Of a stretch of 64,000 nucleotides of DNA, positions 1 through 12,068 are shown piece after piece (the stretch's first letter is position 1; every line of letters starts with the position of its first letter). Origin of the DNA: Selaginella moellendorffii (Eukaryota; Plantae; Lycopodiophyta). The stretch covers positions 612,069-676,068 of the forward strand of contig NW_003314292.1 of assembly GCF_000143415.4 (NCBI RefSeq), given 5' to 3'. Both the position numbers and the translations under genes were made by a program. The notes below the pieces were generated by a model. That model made no database searches. It saw nothing but the letters and a program-made list of their open reading frames with translations, and was not told where the DNA came from.

Positions 1-222
1 TAAACTTGTCTTCTCCTCAGCAGAAGACAAGTTTGATGCTAAACTCTATCACAAGAGTTTAATCTCTACAGATATCACTTATTACACCGTGGGGGAGAAT
101 GTCATTATGGTGTAGGAGCTTTTATATAAGCATAATAAAGCTAGTAGTTTAGGAAAAATAGCAATTGTGTAAATAAATAAGCAATTATAATGCTACTCTT
201 AGCTTAGGAAAAAACAATGTGC

Positions 223-1924
223 TCATAATCTCACTGGAACTAAAACATCAAAATCAGTCACCGTCCATTCAGCAAGTTCTTCACTCGAACTAATATATAT
301 TTCTGTCCCGATGTCTATCGAAGGCCAGACTCTTCTTGCTGGGAACGATCCTGGGTCCTGTGAAGGCAAAACAACGTCCAGAAAAAAGAAAAACTATAAA
401 AAAAAAAGACAAAAAGAGACTTGCCTGGTAGAAATAGAGCCTACTCGAGAGAGCTCCTGCGTCTAAAGTCCAAGTCCTTGCGTCACCAATCCATCCCTCT
501 CCTTTCCGGCTCGGGTAGCCATTCACCGCCCACTCAGGATGAGGCAAAATCTGGACAAGCTCCTGTGGCTGCGGATTGCTGTAAGGATCGCACACGGAGA
601 ACGGATGCTCTGGAAACTCTGCGTTTGTCGGCGAGCAGTAGAGATGATAAGCCGAGTATGGGAAGTTGACGGTGTCATTGCGGTAGACTATGGTGCCGGT
701 CGAAGTTACGTGGTATGGCGGACAGAGATCTAGCCTCGATGGAGTGCACCAGTTCGTCGTCTCTGGATTGATGATCATCTCGCTGTAGCGTGTCACGTCG
801 GTTTTCACGTCACCGTCGCATGGCTGGCCATTGTTCTTCCAGCAGCCACCGATGTCTAGAAGATAGAACAGGCTCTGGGGGCCGCCGCCTTTGGTGACGT
901 TGAGAGTGACAACTACTTTGAAGTTTGGTGATTCGGGAACCTGGAAGGCAAAGCGATTAGCGTAGATAAAATACTCTGAACTTTACCCGTGTCATTATGC
1001 CTCGCGTGTCCCATGGATAGCCTCCAGAAAGTCCAGAAGTTGCGTCGGCTCGGAGATAAAGCATCAGCCACGGATAGTTCTTGGATACTTGGAGCCTGTG
1101 CTTGAAGATCCAGCTTCCAGACGATATGTTCTTCTCCCACGCCACCGAGAAGAACGACATGCCCGCTGTCACATTCTCGGGGCTCCTGTTCAAGTCGTAG
1201 GTGCCGTAAAATCTGCCTTTGAGATCATCCACACAGCCATGGGAACTGCAATTCCGCTGGATGGTGGACTGTTCGTGGACAACAACCGGTTGGTTCATGC
1301 AGCCATCACCGAAGCAAGGGAATGCGTTGACAATCTTTTTGAAAGGTCTCGTCAGCTGAGTGTGAACTTGAAGAGAACTTGCTTTCGAAGTCGCCGGACA
1401 TAGCCCCGAGCTCATGTCGAAGTTGCCATTTTTGAGCATCGAGTTCCAGAAGTACCAGGGATGATGGTTGCTGAAATCGGAGACTTGGCAGAGCGAAGCC
1501 AGGAACTTCTCCTTCTCAACAGCGTACAGGTCTGGATTCTGGTAGCTCTTGAATGCCCGGTTTGGAAATATATCTCCTGTCCGTAGCTGGTTGTCATTGT
1601 TTGACACGAAACTGTAAGGAGAACAGACACTATCTGCACATGAAAAAAGAAAAAAATTTAGGCGAAACAACTAAAAAAGAAAAGGGTCAGTTAAGAAAAC
1701 TTACCGGGCTTGCAGACTTTATCAGTGCAATCAGCCCATCGAGGACTGGGCTGTCCTGAACCAATGTTCTCAGCACCATTGCAGAAGTTCCAGCCTTCGA
1801 GCAACACTCTGGAGTTTGGGCTTCTCATCCCTGGATCTCCCAAAGCGCTTTCATATCCACCAGTTACTGCCGTTGCTGCTTGAAAAAAAATAGCAGCACC
1901 GAGCGCTGCTGCAAATGTAGTCAT
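223..1924 (-). CDS. Conserved plant uncharacterised secreted protein (At1g17030/At2g47010-like), multi-exon
   Basis: Signal-peptide-like MTTFAAALGAAIFFQAATA, followed by SALGDPGM..LEGWNFCN, NSMLKNGNFD, YPWLMLYLRADAT.GLSGGYPW, CDPYSNPQPQELVQILPHPEW and terminal AEWTVTDFDVLVP. ORF pieces join across short introns. Confidence 0.85.
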
Positions 1925-2320
1925 TGTGGGACGGTAGATGGTTACCTGGAAGGCATCAAATTTCTGCAAAAACCGTGGATGAGTGTTGATGAGAGAGCAT
2001 AGAAAATGCATGAGCCGTAAGGACGAGAAAGAAGCATGCGTCTGATATGATCCGAGAGTTAGCTTAAATCATACCTTCCAATGAAACCATGTTGGGAAAA
2101 AAGTATCTAATACGCCATAGCTAGAGCTGCTTGGTTCGTCACTATTGAACTAAACGGACAGCAACAGAGGCGCAGTTCCTTTTGAATGAAATCGTGGCGG
2201 TTTGAGCCCTGGCCATTACTCTGAGAACGGCCAATAATTACTGAAAGAGACTCATCTTTGACTAAACCCTGAGAAAGAATACTAGAAATGCAGTTGCAAA
2301 TAAATTGCCTGTGGTACCAG

Positions 2321-2560
2321 TACCTATAGAGATGAAAATCCCCTGGTTGCCAGGCTAACCTTCTCAAAATAAATGTTAAGTCCTTAAGTTTGTTCAAGTC
2401 TGCAAAAGACAAAATACAGAACGGAAACAATAAGTCGAGCCGCTTCTGCCATTCTCGTACCTTGTGACATCGAGCAGTCTCCTGTTACTTGAAAAGTAGT
2501 AAATTGTTCTTGTCCGTTTTGTTTTCGCTAATCTTCGGAACGAACTTGGGAATCTGTAGC
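2321..2560 (-). pseudogene. Degenerate duplicate of the last exons/3' end of the oligopeptidase B gene
   Basis: tacctatagaga...gccagg...cttctcaaaat (2321-2370) parallels 3111-3160. It translates to NKLKDLTFILRRL versus DKLKDLALSYTFILRSL, and ttcttgtccgt..tgtttt is shared. Confidence 0.75.
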
Positions 2561-3113
2561 AAGAGTGCTCAGGAGCTAAAACAGATGAACGAGAAACCTT
2601 CGAGTACAACCTTCAAGTTTAAGGAAATCTTGGAGCCTGAACCTCAAGTCTGGCACTAGAAAAATAGGACACAAAACGAGAGAAGTTATCAGCCACGAAA
2701 TAAAATAGCAATCTGTTAGAAACCGGACAAACCTCGAAGCATTACATAGAAGTCTCATCAGGCCTAGTGGCCTTCACCATCAAATTAAGCCCATCGCTCA
2801 CACTTCGTGTTTGCAAGAGAAAGGGACGCATGACGATTGCCTTCGGATTCTTCCCACAAGCAAAACAGAGTGAAGATCTTGTGACGAGCAACGCAAAAAG
2901 ATCCAGTACCTTCTGAGTCGATCTAGGTGGTATGAATAGCGAAATAACACCAATCTGTAAAATCACGAAAAAACGCTGGAGCAAAATGGAAGCTGGTTGA
3001 CAGAAGTAAGTTTCCCTACTAAACAAGGAATGAAGCAGCTCGCAAGAAAAATTGGCTTTTAGTGCCATTGATTGTAACGAAAATCGTTTTACCCATCAAA
3101 AGTGGCAGAATAC

Positions 3114-5968
3114 CTATAGAGAAGAAGTGCTCCTGGTCGCCAGGCCCAAGCTTCTCAAAATGAACGTATAAGAAAGCGCCAGATCCTTGAGTTTGTCAAA
3201 TCTGCAATGGATGGAGTAAGCGGATGTTGCTAAGCTTTTCTTATAATTCTCGCACCTTCCAGACATCGAGGAGTGTCCAGCTCCAAAATCACACTTGAAC
3301 AGCAATAGATTCTTGTCCGTCTTGTTTTCTCTCAGCTTGGCGACGAACTTTGCAGGCTCCCAGTAGGCAACTCGCGAGTCTGTCGCGAGAGTGTTTACAA
3401 AATTGAAGCAACGGAAATCAAGCCACTCACCATGAAGTCCTCCGGTTACAAGAATATCTGGATACTCACGAGGCAAGACCTGTAAGTGAACCCGTTCAGC
3501 AGTGGAAAACAAATGTAAAGCTTCATAATCACATTGTCAACTGGGGAGTAGGATTTCATGTACAAATAATCATCCTTTTTACGTGGATCTCCCCATTCCT
3601 GGACAGAAAATGATTAGAAAATATAACGCGAAGATCAAATATTCACCTCCCACTCAGCAGTAGTCAAAGGAATCGACGAGTCCAGCATTGTTGTTAGAAC
3701 ATCTACGAAAGGCACCTCCGCGACTGCGCATCTGTACAGATCTGGTCTCATGGTGAGAGCCGCGCCGATGAGAAGACCACCCGCACTTCTCCCCTGAATG
3801 CAAAGCTTGTCTTTGGCACAAAACTTGTTTGCAATGAGGTACTCGCCGCAGAAAATGAAGTCCTCGAATGTGTTCATCTTTTTAGTCAGCTTTCCGTCTT
3901 CGTACCATTTCCTTCCCAATTCGCCCCCGCCTCGAATGTGAGCGATTGCAAAGGTTACACCACGGTCTATTAGTGACAACCTATTCATTCTGAAATCAGG
4001 GTCAATGCAGACCTGTACGAGGACAAAAGAAAAAGTAACAGGGAGTCGGAGGAAAGAGTGAAAAAAGGAATACCTCATAGGAACCATATCCATAAAGCAA
4101 AAGTGGATCAGAGCCGTCTAGTTTTGCAAGGTCCTTTCGATAAACCATAGAAATCGGCACCTGCGTGCCATCTTGTGCAGTTGCCCATTTGCGTAGTGTT
4201 ACATATTTCTCAGGCTGGAAGCCGCCAAGAACCTGAAAAACACACAAAGTTTTAGTAAACGTCAACCAGAATACAATAGCTGGATTACCTCCTGCCTCTT
4301 TTTCAGCATCGACTTTCCAGTTTCCATGTCATAGTCATAAACAGAAAAAGGTGTTGACAAGGAGGAATACTGGTACCGTAGAATCGGTGAGTTGAACTGA
4401 AATTCCTTTGGCGACAACGCATACGCAGCCTCTGGAAACTTTATCCGTACACCTTGATCCAGGCTAGTGATCGGCTCTCCTGCCGGAGGTAGTTTGAAAA
4501 CTGTGATGGACTGCAAGGCATTTTCCCGTTCATAGACTACCAGATGATCCCTTGCAGCCTGAACCTCCTCAAGTTTAACACTGCAAGACAATAGTATGAG
4601 TCACGAAGATCCGTCAAAGGTCGAACAAACCTCGGTCGGTGAGGGAGTACCAGCGTTGTGGACGAAACGTCATTGACAGGACACACATAAAGCTCGGAGT
4701 TGTAAGTATCATCCGTCCTCTTGGTGATAAAGAAGTGCTCTCCTCTATGACTTGCACTCGTATCAACACCTTCAACGCGTGGTGTCAAGTACTTCAACTC
4801 CTTCACCGGACTCTTGTTCTCCAGATAGAGAACAAAAGACGTCGTCTTAGTCCCGGAGTGCACAAACGTATACTCTTTGCTTTCCGACGAACCCATGTCC
4901 AGAAAGCACGTCTCATCTTCTTCGTGGTAGAGACAAACGTCCTCCGATTGTTCATTTCCAATCTTGTGATACCAAGCCTAGCAAAAGCACAAGTCTCCAA
5001 TGAGAAAGACAAAGAAGAAAAGCATTTGACAGACCTTGTAAGGGCGATGAATATCATCCTGAGTCACGTAAGCTATCGACTCGTTGTCAATCCATTTGAT
5101 ATCTTCGACAGCACCCTTAAGAACAGGTCCCAGCAGCTGTTTGCTCGCAATGTCCACGACGTAGATGCTAAAAATCTCATCCCCCACAGTGTCTTCGGTG
5201 TAAGCCAATCTCGTGTGGTCTGGACTCACCTAAAAGAAACCACGCATATACAAACCAAATAAAAGCTAGAAAAGAAAACTTACTTGGACATCCCCCACAA
5301 TGTAGAACTTGTGAGAGGCAGCTTTCTCGTTCTCGTCTAGAAGAACTTCCTCCTCTTGAGCATCGTCCATGATCTCGTCAATCGAGCCCGGGCCTTCACC
5401 TCCAGGAATTTTCCTCCGGCAGTGGACTTTGTACTGCTTACCTTCCAATTCCTTCTCATAGTAGAAGTAAGGCCCATCTCTCACAGGGACACTCGTATCA
5501 TCCTCTTTGATTCTCCCTTTCATCTCCGCGAAGATTTCTTCCTCGAACTTCTTCGTGTCTGCGCAAAGAAGAAGATAAGCGCGAGCAATGCAATGTATGA
5601 GGCTTGCCTGCCATGACTTGCTCCGTGTACGCATTCTCGGCCTTGAGATGAGCCAGTACCTTTTGATCCGCGCGCTTGTCATCCCTAAGCCAGAAGTAGA
5701 AATCCTCCCGAGAATCGCCAAAGAGCTCGAATTCCTGCTTGAGCCGAGGCGCTACCGGTGGAATCATCGCTGCGACACGGCCTGTCGATCCGTCAGCTGC
5801 TACGGCGGCGCCTAGCTCCAATCCTCCGCGGCAGCACAGACCAAGGCCGAGATGGAATGCGATCACCTGGCGCCGGCTGGGCGACGCGATCGCCCGCGCG
5901 ATAGGGTTTCTCCGCGAGACGCTCGAGGCAGAGAATCCAAATGAAGAAAGCACTATACAAGAAGCCAT
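3114..5968 (-). CDS. Oligopeptidase B / protease II (peptidase S9A) with a putative plastid transit peptide (alternative start at 5767)
   Basis: PPVAPR..FGDSREDFYFWLRDD, LLYGYGSYE, HIRGGGELGRKWYEDGK, catalytic GRSAGG, DSRVAYWEPAKFVAKLR, GAGHSS. Confidence 0.95.
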
Positions 5969-5997
5969 TTTGGCGTCTTTATTATCGTTTTCTTCTA

Positions 5998-7380
5998 TCA
6001 CGCAAAGACAATCGTCTTTGTTTTGTCTCGACCGTATCGCAAGATGCGCTGCTCGCAGTAGTACTTGATCGCTCGATCCAGGCACTGTCTCTCGAGGCTC
6101 TCGGATTTCATGGCGAAGCTTTCCAGTGTGTCACGGTGTGAGACGCGCTCCACCTGTGTTGTTTGATCATCGATTCACCGTCAGTAAATTCGCAAACTCT
6201 GGCAAGCAAATCTAGCAACTTGGTGCTCACCATCTGCTCGATTATGGGTCCAGCGTCCAGTTCCTCGCACACAAAGTGCGTTGTGGCACCGATCAGCTTC
6301 ACTCCAGCTTCGTAAGCCTGCGAGAACAAAGCATAAGTTAGTTAACGAGTGGAAGAATGAAGGAGACTTTTGGTACCTGTCTGTATGGATTGGCGCCCTT
6401 GAAAGATGGTAGCAATCCGTGATGGATGTTGATGATGTCCTTGCCATAGCGAGCTATGAAATCACCAGAGAGAATCTGCCTGACAGAAAAGAAAAACTTG
6501 ATCTCTTCGCTTGGTTGGAAATACCTGCATGTATCGAGCCAAAACCAGGAAATCTGTCCCGGAAACAAGCTCCAATATATCGTCCTCCCTTTTGTTCGTC
6601 TTCGTTGTTGGAAGATAGTGATATGGAATGCCGTGACGCTTTAAGAAGCGCCATATATGAGTATCTTCCCCTCGAACATGATTACTGTGGAAAAAACCAC
6701 GTAAAACACGATAGAGAATCGAATCTCACTCTTACAAGCTTACCTTATCACGCATTCTATTTGCACTGGAAGCATTCCATCCTGCCAGCGATGGAGCAGA
6801 TTTACCAAGCAGTGATCCTGGAACGCATTGAGTTTTAGAACGTGTTCTTCTATTATAGCACGAAAAAAACGATTGATTTACCTGCAAAGATGCGAAGACG
6901 GCGACTTTCATATCCCTGTCCATCCCAGGAACATTGACGACTGATTTCCCTACGAATTGCTTCCCAATCTCTTGGAACGAGTTCTCCATTTCCTCCCGCG
7001 TCCACTGCACGGGATTGAAAGAAAACTGACTGGGTGATGGCGGCCACTAGAAAATTTTCCTCCTGCCTATCTCACGAAAGGACAAAAAGAGATTGTTGCT
7101 TCTTACCATCGTGAATTGAAAACCGGCTCATCGCGGGAGTCCATGTCCACGAAAATGTCCGTGCTTGTGATATTCGCGCCGTGACCAGAGAGGCAATCCG
7201 ATATCCTTGCAACAATTCCCACTTGATCCTGGAACAATCGCGTTGAAGATCCTGGAAATACTCGCGATAATCACATACCGGGCACTGCAAGACATGGATT
7301 CCATGGTGCGTGAGCTTCGATGTCGACGAATAGAGCCGCCGCTGGTGCCTGGAGCCCAATGCGAGCAGAGATTTCGCCAT
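5998..7380 (-). CDS. PURU: Formyltetrahydrofolate deformylase (mitochondrial-type)
   Basis: [60 protein letters not shown]; C-terminus ...KTIVFA* with TGA at 5998-6000. Confidence 0.95.
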
Positions 7381-7651
7381 ACTCGACTATGCCGGGAGCA
7401 TTCTCCCTCTCGGCGCGTGATAAACCCTAGCCGGAGCTCCACACAACGAGCATTCCATGACGCTCGCGTGACAAGCTTTTTAAGGCAAAAACCTCTCTTT
7501 ACCGTCGGATGCCAATTAGCACACGTGGAACGATCGCGTGCGTTGGATTGCACCATACAAATGGATAAACCAATTCAATCTCATTAGCATAATTTAAACG
7601 TCCACCATAGCCAAGCTTGCCAAGCCTTAGGACACTACTCCAGTGTGTTCT

Positions 7652-8668
7652 TCACGATCGCGGCATTCTCCTCGAGTCATAGAAATCTCTTCCACTGTGC
7701 TCCCGCGAGAATTCTCTGTCCCTGGAGAAATCCTGGCCATCATAGGAAGATCTTCCACCACCAAAGTGGTGCTGCTCCCTCTCTCTTTCTCTCGCAGCGT
7801 CCCGGCGCTCGTATAGATCTCTATCCCTGCTCCTCGTCTTCTCGGGATAATCTCTATCCCGCGAGAACTCTCGATCCCTGTCCCGGGAGCTCTCTCGCTC
7901 CAGCGGCATCCGGCTGCTTCGCTCCCTGTCCATCCTTTCCAATTGATCTCTATCCCTTTTCAAGCTCCCCTCCCGGCCATTCGAAGCGCTTCCTCCCGGG
8001 TGGTAGTAGCCACCATGCCCATTCAATCCTTTGCTAGCTCCTGGCAAATCACCTCTTTCCTGCGATGGCGTGCTCTTCTCGGTGCCATGATCGTTGCTGG
8101 GTCTCTCTAGCGATGGCGCTCTCTCTTCCTCGATCGTTTGCGTGCTAAGTTTGCTGTAAGTCGAGTCCACAGCCTCGGCAATCTCCTTGCCCAAGTTCTC
8201 TTTCGAGAGGATTAGTTCCCATGCTGCCTTGGAAGCTCTGTCAAGAACAGGACCCCTGGAGATGAAAGGTTTTAAATCTCTGCTTCTTCTTCCTATCGGC
8301 AAAGATGGAAACGATTCACTTACTCGAGCTCGCGGCGCAGCGCATCGAAGAGCTCCCGCCGCGTTTTGTTGTCCGCCCCGGGGCTGTTGAGACACTGGCT
8401 CTTCTCCACCAGCGATTGCGTGTATCGCTTGAGATCTTCCTGGAGAATTTCGATAGCTGAGCACGAAATTTCACGAGAATTTTGCTCTTACATTGCTCTT
8501 GAGCTGCGCCGTGACCTTGCCGCGCAGAGCGTCGAATGTGCCGTCGTTCATGAGCGATTCCAGCACCTCCTGGGGCTTGACAACGCGCGCGGCGACGAGA
8601 GCGGCACTGGCAGCGGCGGCCGTGGCGGCCGCCTCGTCACCATGGCCGCCGCTCGTCGCGCCTTCCAT
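7652..8668 (-). CDS. BOD1/SHG1-domain-like protein with Arg/Asp/Glu-rich C-terminus
   Basis: VKPQEVLESLMNDGTFDALRGKVTAQLKSN / RRELFDALRRELE / VLDRASKAAWELIL across 3 exons. Confidence 0.7.
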
Positions 8669-8690
8669 TCGCGCATAAACCCTAACAGAC

Positions 8691-8925
8691 CCTAAAGGGC
8701 AAAAAATATCCAAGAACCCCTAAAACCCCACTTGGAAAGATTTTGTCAAGCAAAATTCTTACATCGCAGTTCTTCCATTCTCACTCCTCTTCCTAAAGGG
8801 CAAAAAATATCCAAGAACCCCTAAAACCATTTGCCTTTGAAAACAATCAAACACTTGGAACTAAAAAGATTAGCTTGGAAAAATTTTGTCAAGCAAAATT
8901 CTTACACCATCTTCCATTCTCACTG
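8691..8925. repeat. Imperfect tandem duplication (~100-130 bp) of the SmF 3' end/UTR
   Basis: cctaaagggcaaaaaatatccaagaacccctaaaacc...ttttgtcaagcaaaattcttaca...cttccattctcact occurs at ~8691 and again at ~8792. Confidence 0.85.
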
Positions 8926-9419
8926 AGAGCCTTCTTCCTCTTCCGGAATTCCACGAAGATAGAGTACATTGTTACACCTGGTAGAAGCAAAACGATCAAA
9001 CCTCCGAGAGGAGAAAAAAACTTGGAAAAACCTTATCAGCACTTCGCCCAGATTTCCTGCGAACTGCCCATCGATGAACTCTTCCGTATTGCCCAGCTGC
9101 GAAGAAAGAAACACGAATTTCAATCCTACCAAAGATAGACCAAAGCTAGAGCAAACCTGCAAATTCATGTAAGAATCGACCGAGATCAAGAACCCTGCCA
9201 CGCGAAAGACCAGATTTTTTGTGTTAGAAGACAATGAGAAGAAACAGCATTGCGAGTTTACCTTTGTACTCCATGCCCCACTTGAGCTTAACCATGACGG
9301 CCTTCCCCGTGAGCTCATTGAGAAACGGCTTGGGATTCACAGGCACGGTCTGCAAGAAATCGAGAAAAACAGAGAATCAGCCGAGATAACGCGCAGCGCC
9401 ATCGATCGCTTACCGCCAT
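8920..9419 (-). CDS. SmF: Small nuclear ribonucleoprotein F
   Basis: MA|[29 protein letters not shown]|[13 protein letters not shown]|[22 protein letters not shown]|[18 protein letters not shown]. Confidence 0.97.
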
Positions 9420-9484
9420 CGCTCACCGAGCTCCTAGGGTTCGCGCCAAACCCAAAACCCTAAAACATCAAAAAGAATGTGTTT

Positions 9485-9558
9485 TGCTCTCTCTGAGAGT
9501 CGAACTCAGGACCTCCCGCTTACTAAACGGGTGCTCTGACCAACTGAGCTAAAAGAGC
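9485..9558 (-). tRNA. tRNA-Thr(AGT)
   Basis: GCTCTTTTAGCTCAGTTGGTCAGAGCACCCGTTTAGTAAGCGGGAGGTCCTGAGTTCGACTCTCAGAGAGAGCA forms a cloverleaf with A/B boxes; T5 terminator at 9470-9474. Confidence 0.97.
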
Positions 9559-9706
9559 TTGTTATGCTAATAGAGTTTCTTAAGATAATCTTCTTCCACG
9601 TGTCAGGTGTCCAGTTCAGCCCTATAAAGCTGCCCTAACTATTTTCATTTGCCCGGAGGGGGGAAATTCGAATCGCGGCGCGATGCTTTAGATTGGCGGT
9701 GCGGCT

Positions 9707-11950
9707 ATGGCGACGACGAGGCAAGTCCTCCAGATTCTCGAGTCGTATCAGAAGGCGCGTATCACATTCTCCCAGACGGTAGCTGAGTTGTCCAACAATG
9801 CACAGGTTTGGCGCTCGGATCCATCAAACCCTGATTTGGGGCACCCAGATCACGCGTTTCGCCTTGTGGCTTCTAGAATGTGGAGATTCTTCACACGGCT
9901 GGGGTCCTGGAGTTGCTGCGCCCCTTGTTGATCGATTCCATTCCCACAATCCAGCAAACCTCGGCGCTGGGATTGGGAAGGCTCGCCAATTGGAGCGAAG
10001 ACATGGCGGAGGAGGTTGTGTCGCATCATCTCCTGGTTCAGCTTGTCTTCTCCCTGAAGTAAGTTTTCTTTTCAATTTTTTTCTTCTCTTGCCGAGTTTT
10101 CTAAGTTTTTCAAGCGTGATCTTCTTTTCTTCTTATCCTTCTTGGCAAATTTTTTTCCTAAAAACTAAGAAGTTTTTTTTTCTTGCGCCAGCTTGTCTTG
10201 TCCTTGAAGTAAGTTTTTTCCTCGGTTTCTTCTCAGTCTTCTACTTCGCTTGCTGAGTTTTCTAGCTGCTTGAGCTTCTTTTCTTCTTACCAAGAACTAA
10301 TAAGTGTTTTTCTTTTCTGCTCTTGCCAGGAATCAAAATAGATATAGCAAGAAGGCATCGGCATCTGTGTTACGCTCCGTGGCTAAACACAATGCCGAGC
10401 TTGCACAGGCAGTCGTTGAATCCGGTGCCTTGGAGGACTTGGTTTCATGCCTCGAGGAGTTTGATCCTTCGGTGAAGGAAGTTGGAGCTACAGCAGTGGG
10501 TAATGTTGCCAAACACAACGTCAAGCTTGCGCGGGCTGTTGTGGATGCCGGTGCCGTTCCGCTCCTTGTTCTTTGTGTCCAGGTGCGATATTCATCTATT
10601 TCGCTTCTACATATGCCGTAAAGTTTTCTTCTTCTTTTGTATGCTGTCAGGAGCCGGAACTTATATTAAAACGTGCAGCCTTGGCTGCTCTTGCAGACAT
10701 CGCAAAGCATGCACCGGAGCTTGCACAGCTCGTGGTTGATGCTGGCACTGTTCCTTTCATTGCTCCTCTCGTTGTACATATTGACGCCAAGATTAAGAGG
10801 CAGGTAATTTTCTTCTAAGGCTTTTCTTCATCGCAGCTAATGTCGGGTAAGAACTCTTCTCTTCAGTTTTTAGTCTAAGCGCGTCTCGTCGCTTTGTTTT
10901 ATCTCTCAGGTTTGCTTGTGCCTGGGCCAAATCGCTAGACACACGGTCGATCTTGCTGAGGTACGATCTTTATCACAGACCAGTTGAGATCTCAACAGCA
11001 ACCCTGCGGTTTCTTACAGGTTTTACTTGCAGCGGAGCTGTTCCCAAAGCTGTTTTTGTGTCTAAAAGATATAGATCACCAAGTAAGACGGCAAGCGGCC
11101 ATTCTCGTGAGAGAAGTTGCCAAGCACACACCGCAAATGGCACAGTTCATCGTCTCCACTGGTGGTGTTGCAGCACTAGTGGATAACTGTGCCGAATGTT
11201 TAGGCAATGATCGCTTACCAGGTACAAGCTTTGTTCTCGCAATTTTGAAGGCTTGTTGTCCGTATACACTAAAGTTTTTCTTCGTTTATGCGCAGCTATC
11301 ATGGCTTTGGGATATATCGCGGCTTTTGACGAGTCTTTGTCTACAACCATCATCCAGTCCAACGGGGTAAAGCCACTGGTAGACGCTCTCACCAACGAGC
11401 AGGAAGATCACATCCAAAGTGCCAGTGCGTGGTCACTCGGACAAGTCGGAAGGCACAGTCCGGTTCACTCGCTCGCCGTTGCTGAAGCCGGAGTTCTTCC
11501 CCAGCTGGTCACCCGACTTTTGGCCGAGACAAGCAGCGAAGATCTTCGTAGCAAGTGCAAGAGAGCTCTGAAGGCGATCATAGAGCACCTGACTCACATC
11601 CCGGCTTTAGATTCTCTTCTCCAGGTAACACTGTTTGAAAAACTATTTCCTCTCAGCTTATTGTTCTTGAGCTCTCTCTCCAGGGGCCACCGTTGCCAAT
11701 CGAGACATTGAAGTACGTGATAGCGCAGCTCGCTAAGGTTCTTCCAAACGATCCCGAGGGAAGAACGAAGTTTGTCACGTCGGGTGGCCTCGAGAAGCTG
11801 CTCCAGATGAATTTCGGGCCGGATCCAGAGATAAAGAGCCTAGTGGACGGCGTGAATGCGAGCTATCCCAAAGAAGTTGTCCAGTACTACGATCCGGGCT
11901 ACGAGGAGATCCTTCTACAAAAGCTCACAGGGGCCAAACCAGGGAAATAA
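9707..11950 (+). CDS. SPAG6: Sperm-associated antigen 6 / axoneme central apparatus ARM-repeat protein PF16
   Basis: RQVLQILESYQKARITFSQTVAEL, LLRPLLIDSIPTIQQTSALGLGRLAN, AVVDAGAVPLLVLCVQEPE, AWSLGQVGRHS, FVTSGGL, YPKEVVQYYDPGYEE. Confidence 0.93.
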
Positions 11951-12068
11951 AGAAACCATTTATCTTCGTTTCATCTCATCTGTCAATAGACAAAAGAACG
12001 AACTTTGCAAACATCCTTTGAGCTACAAGACTTTTGCAAAGAGAAACTTACTAGTGTTCGATCGATTC

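Noticed and set aside
2576-3068. 108-aa and 60-aa minus-strand ORFs
   Set aside because: No recognisable homology; could not build a gene model
4639-5262. 207-aa plus-strand ORF and similar antisense ORFs over real genes
   Set aside because: Antisense to oligopeptidase B exons; no independent coding signal
9707-11950. Flagellar gene in a plant as an anomaly or contamination
   Set aside because: Expected in plants with motile sperm; intron style matches the neighbouring genes
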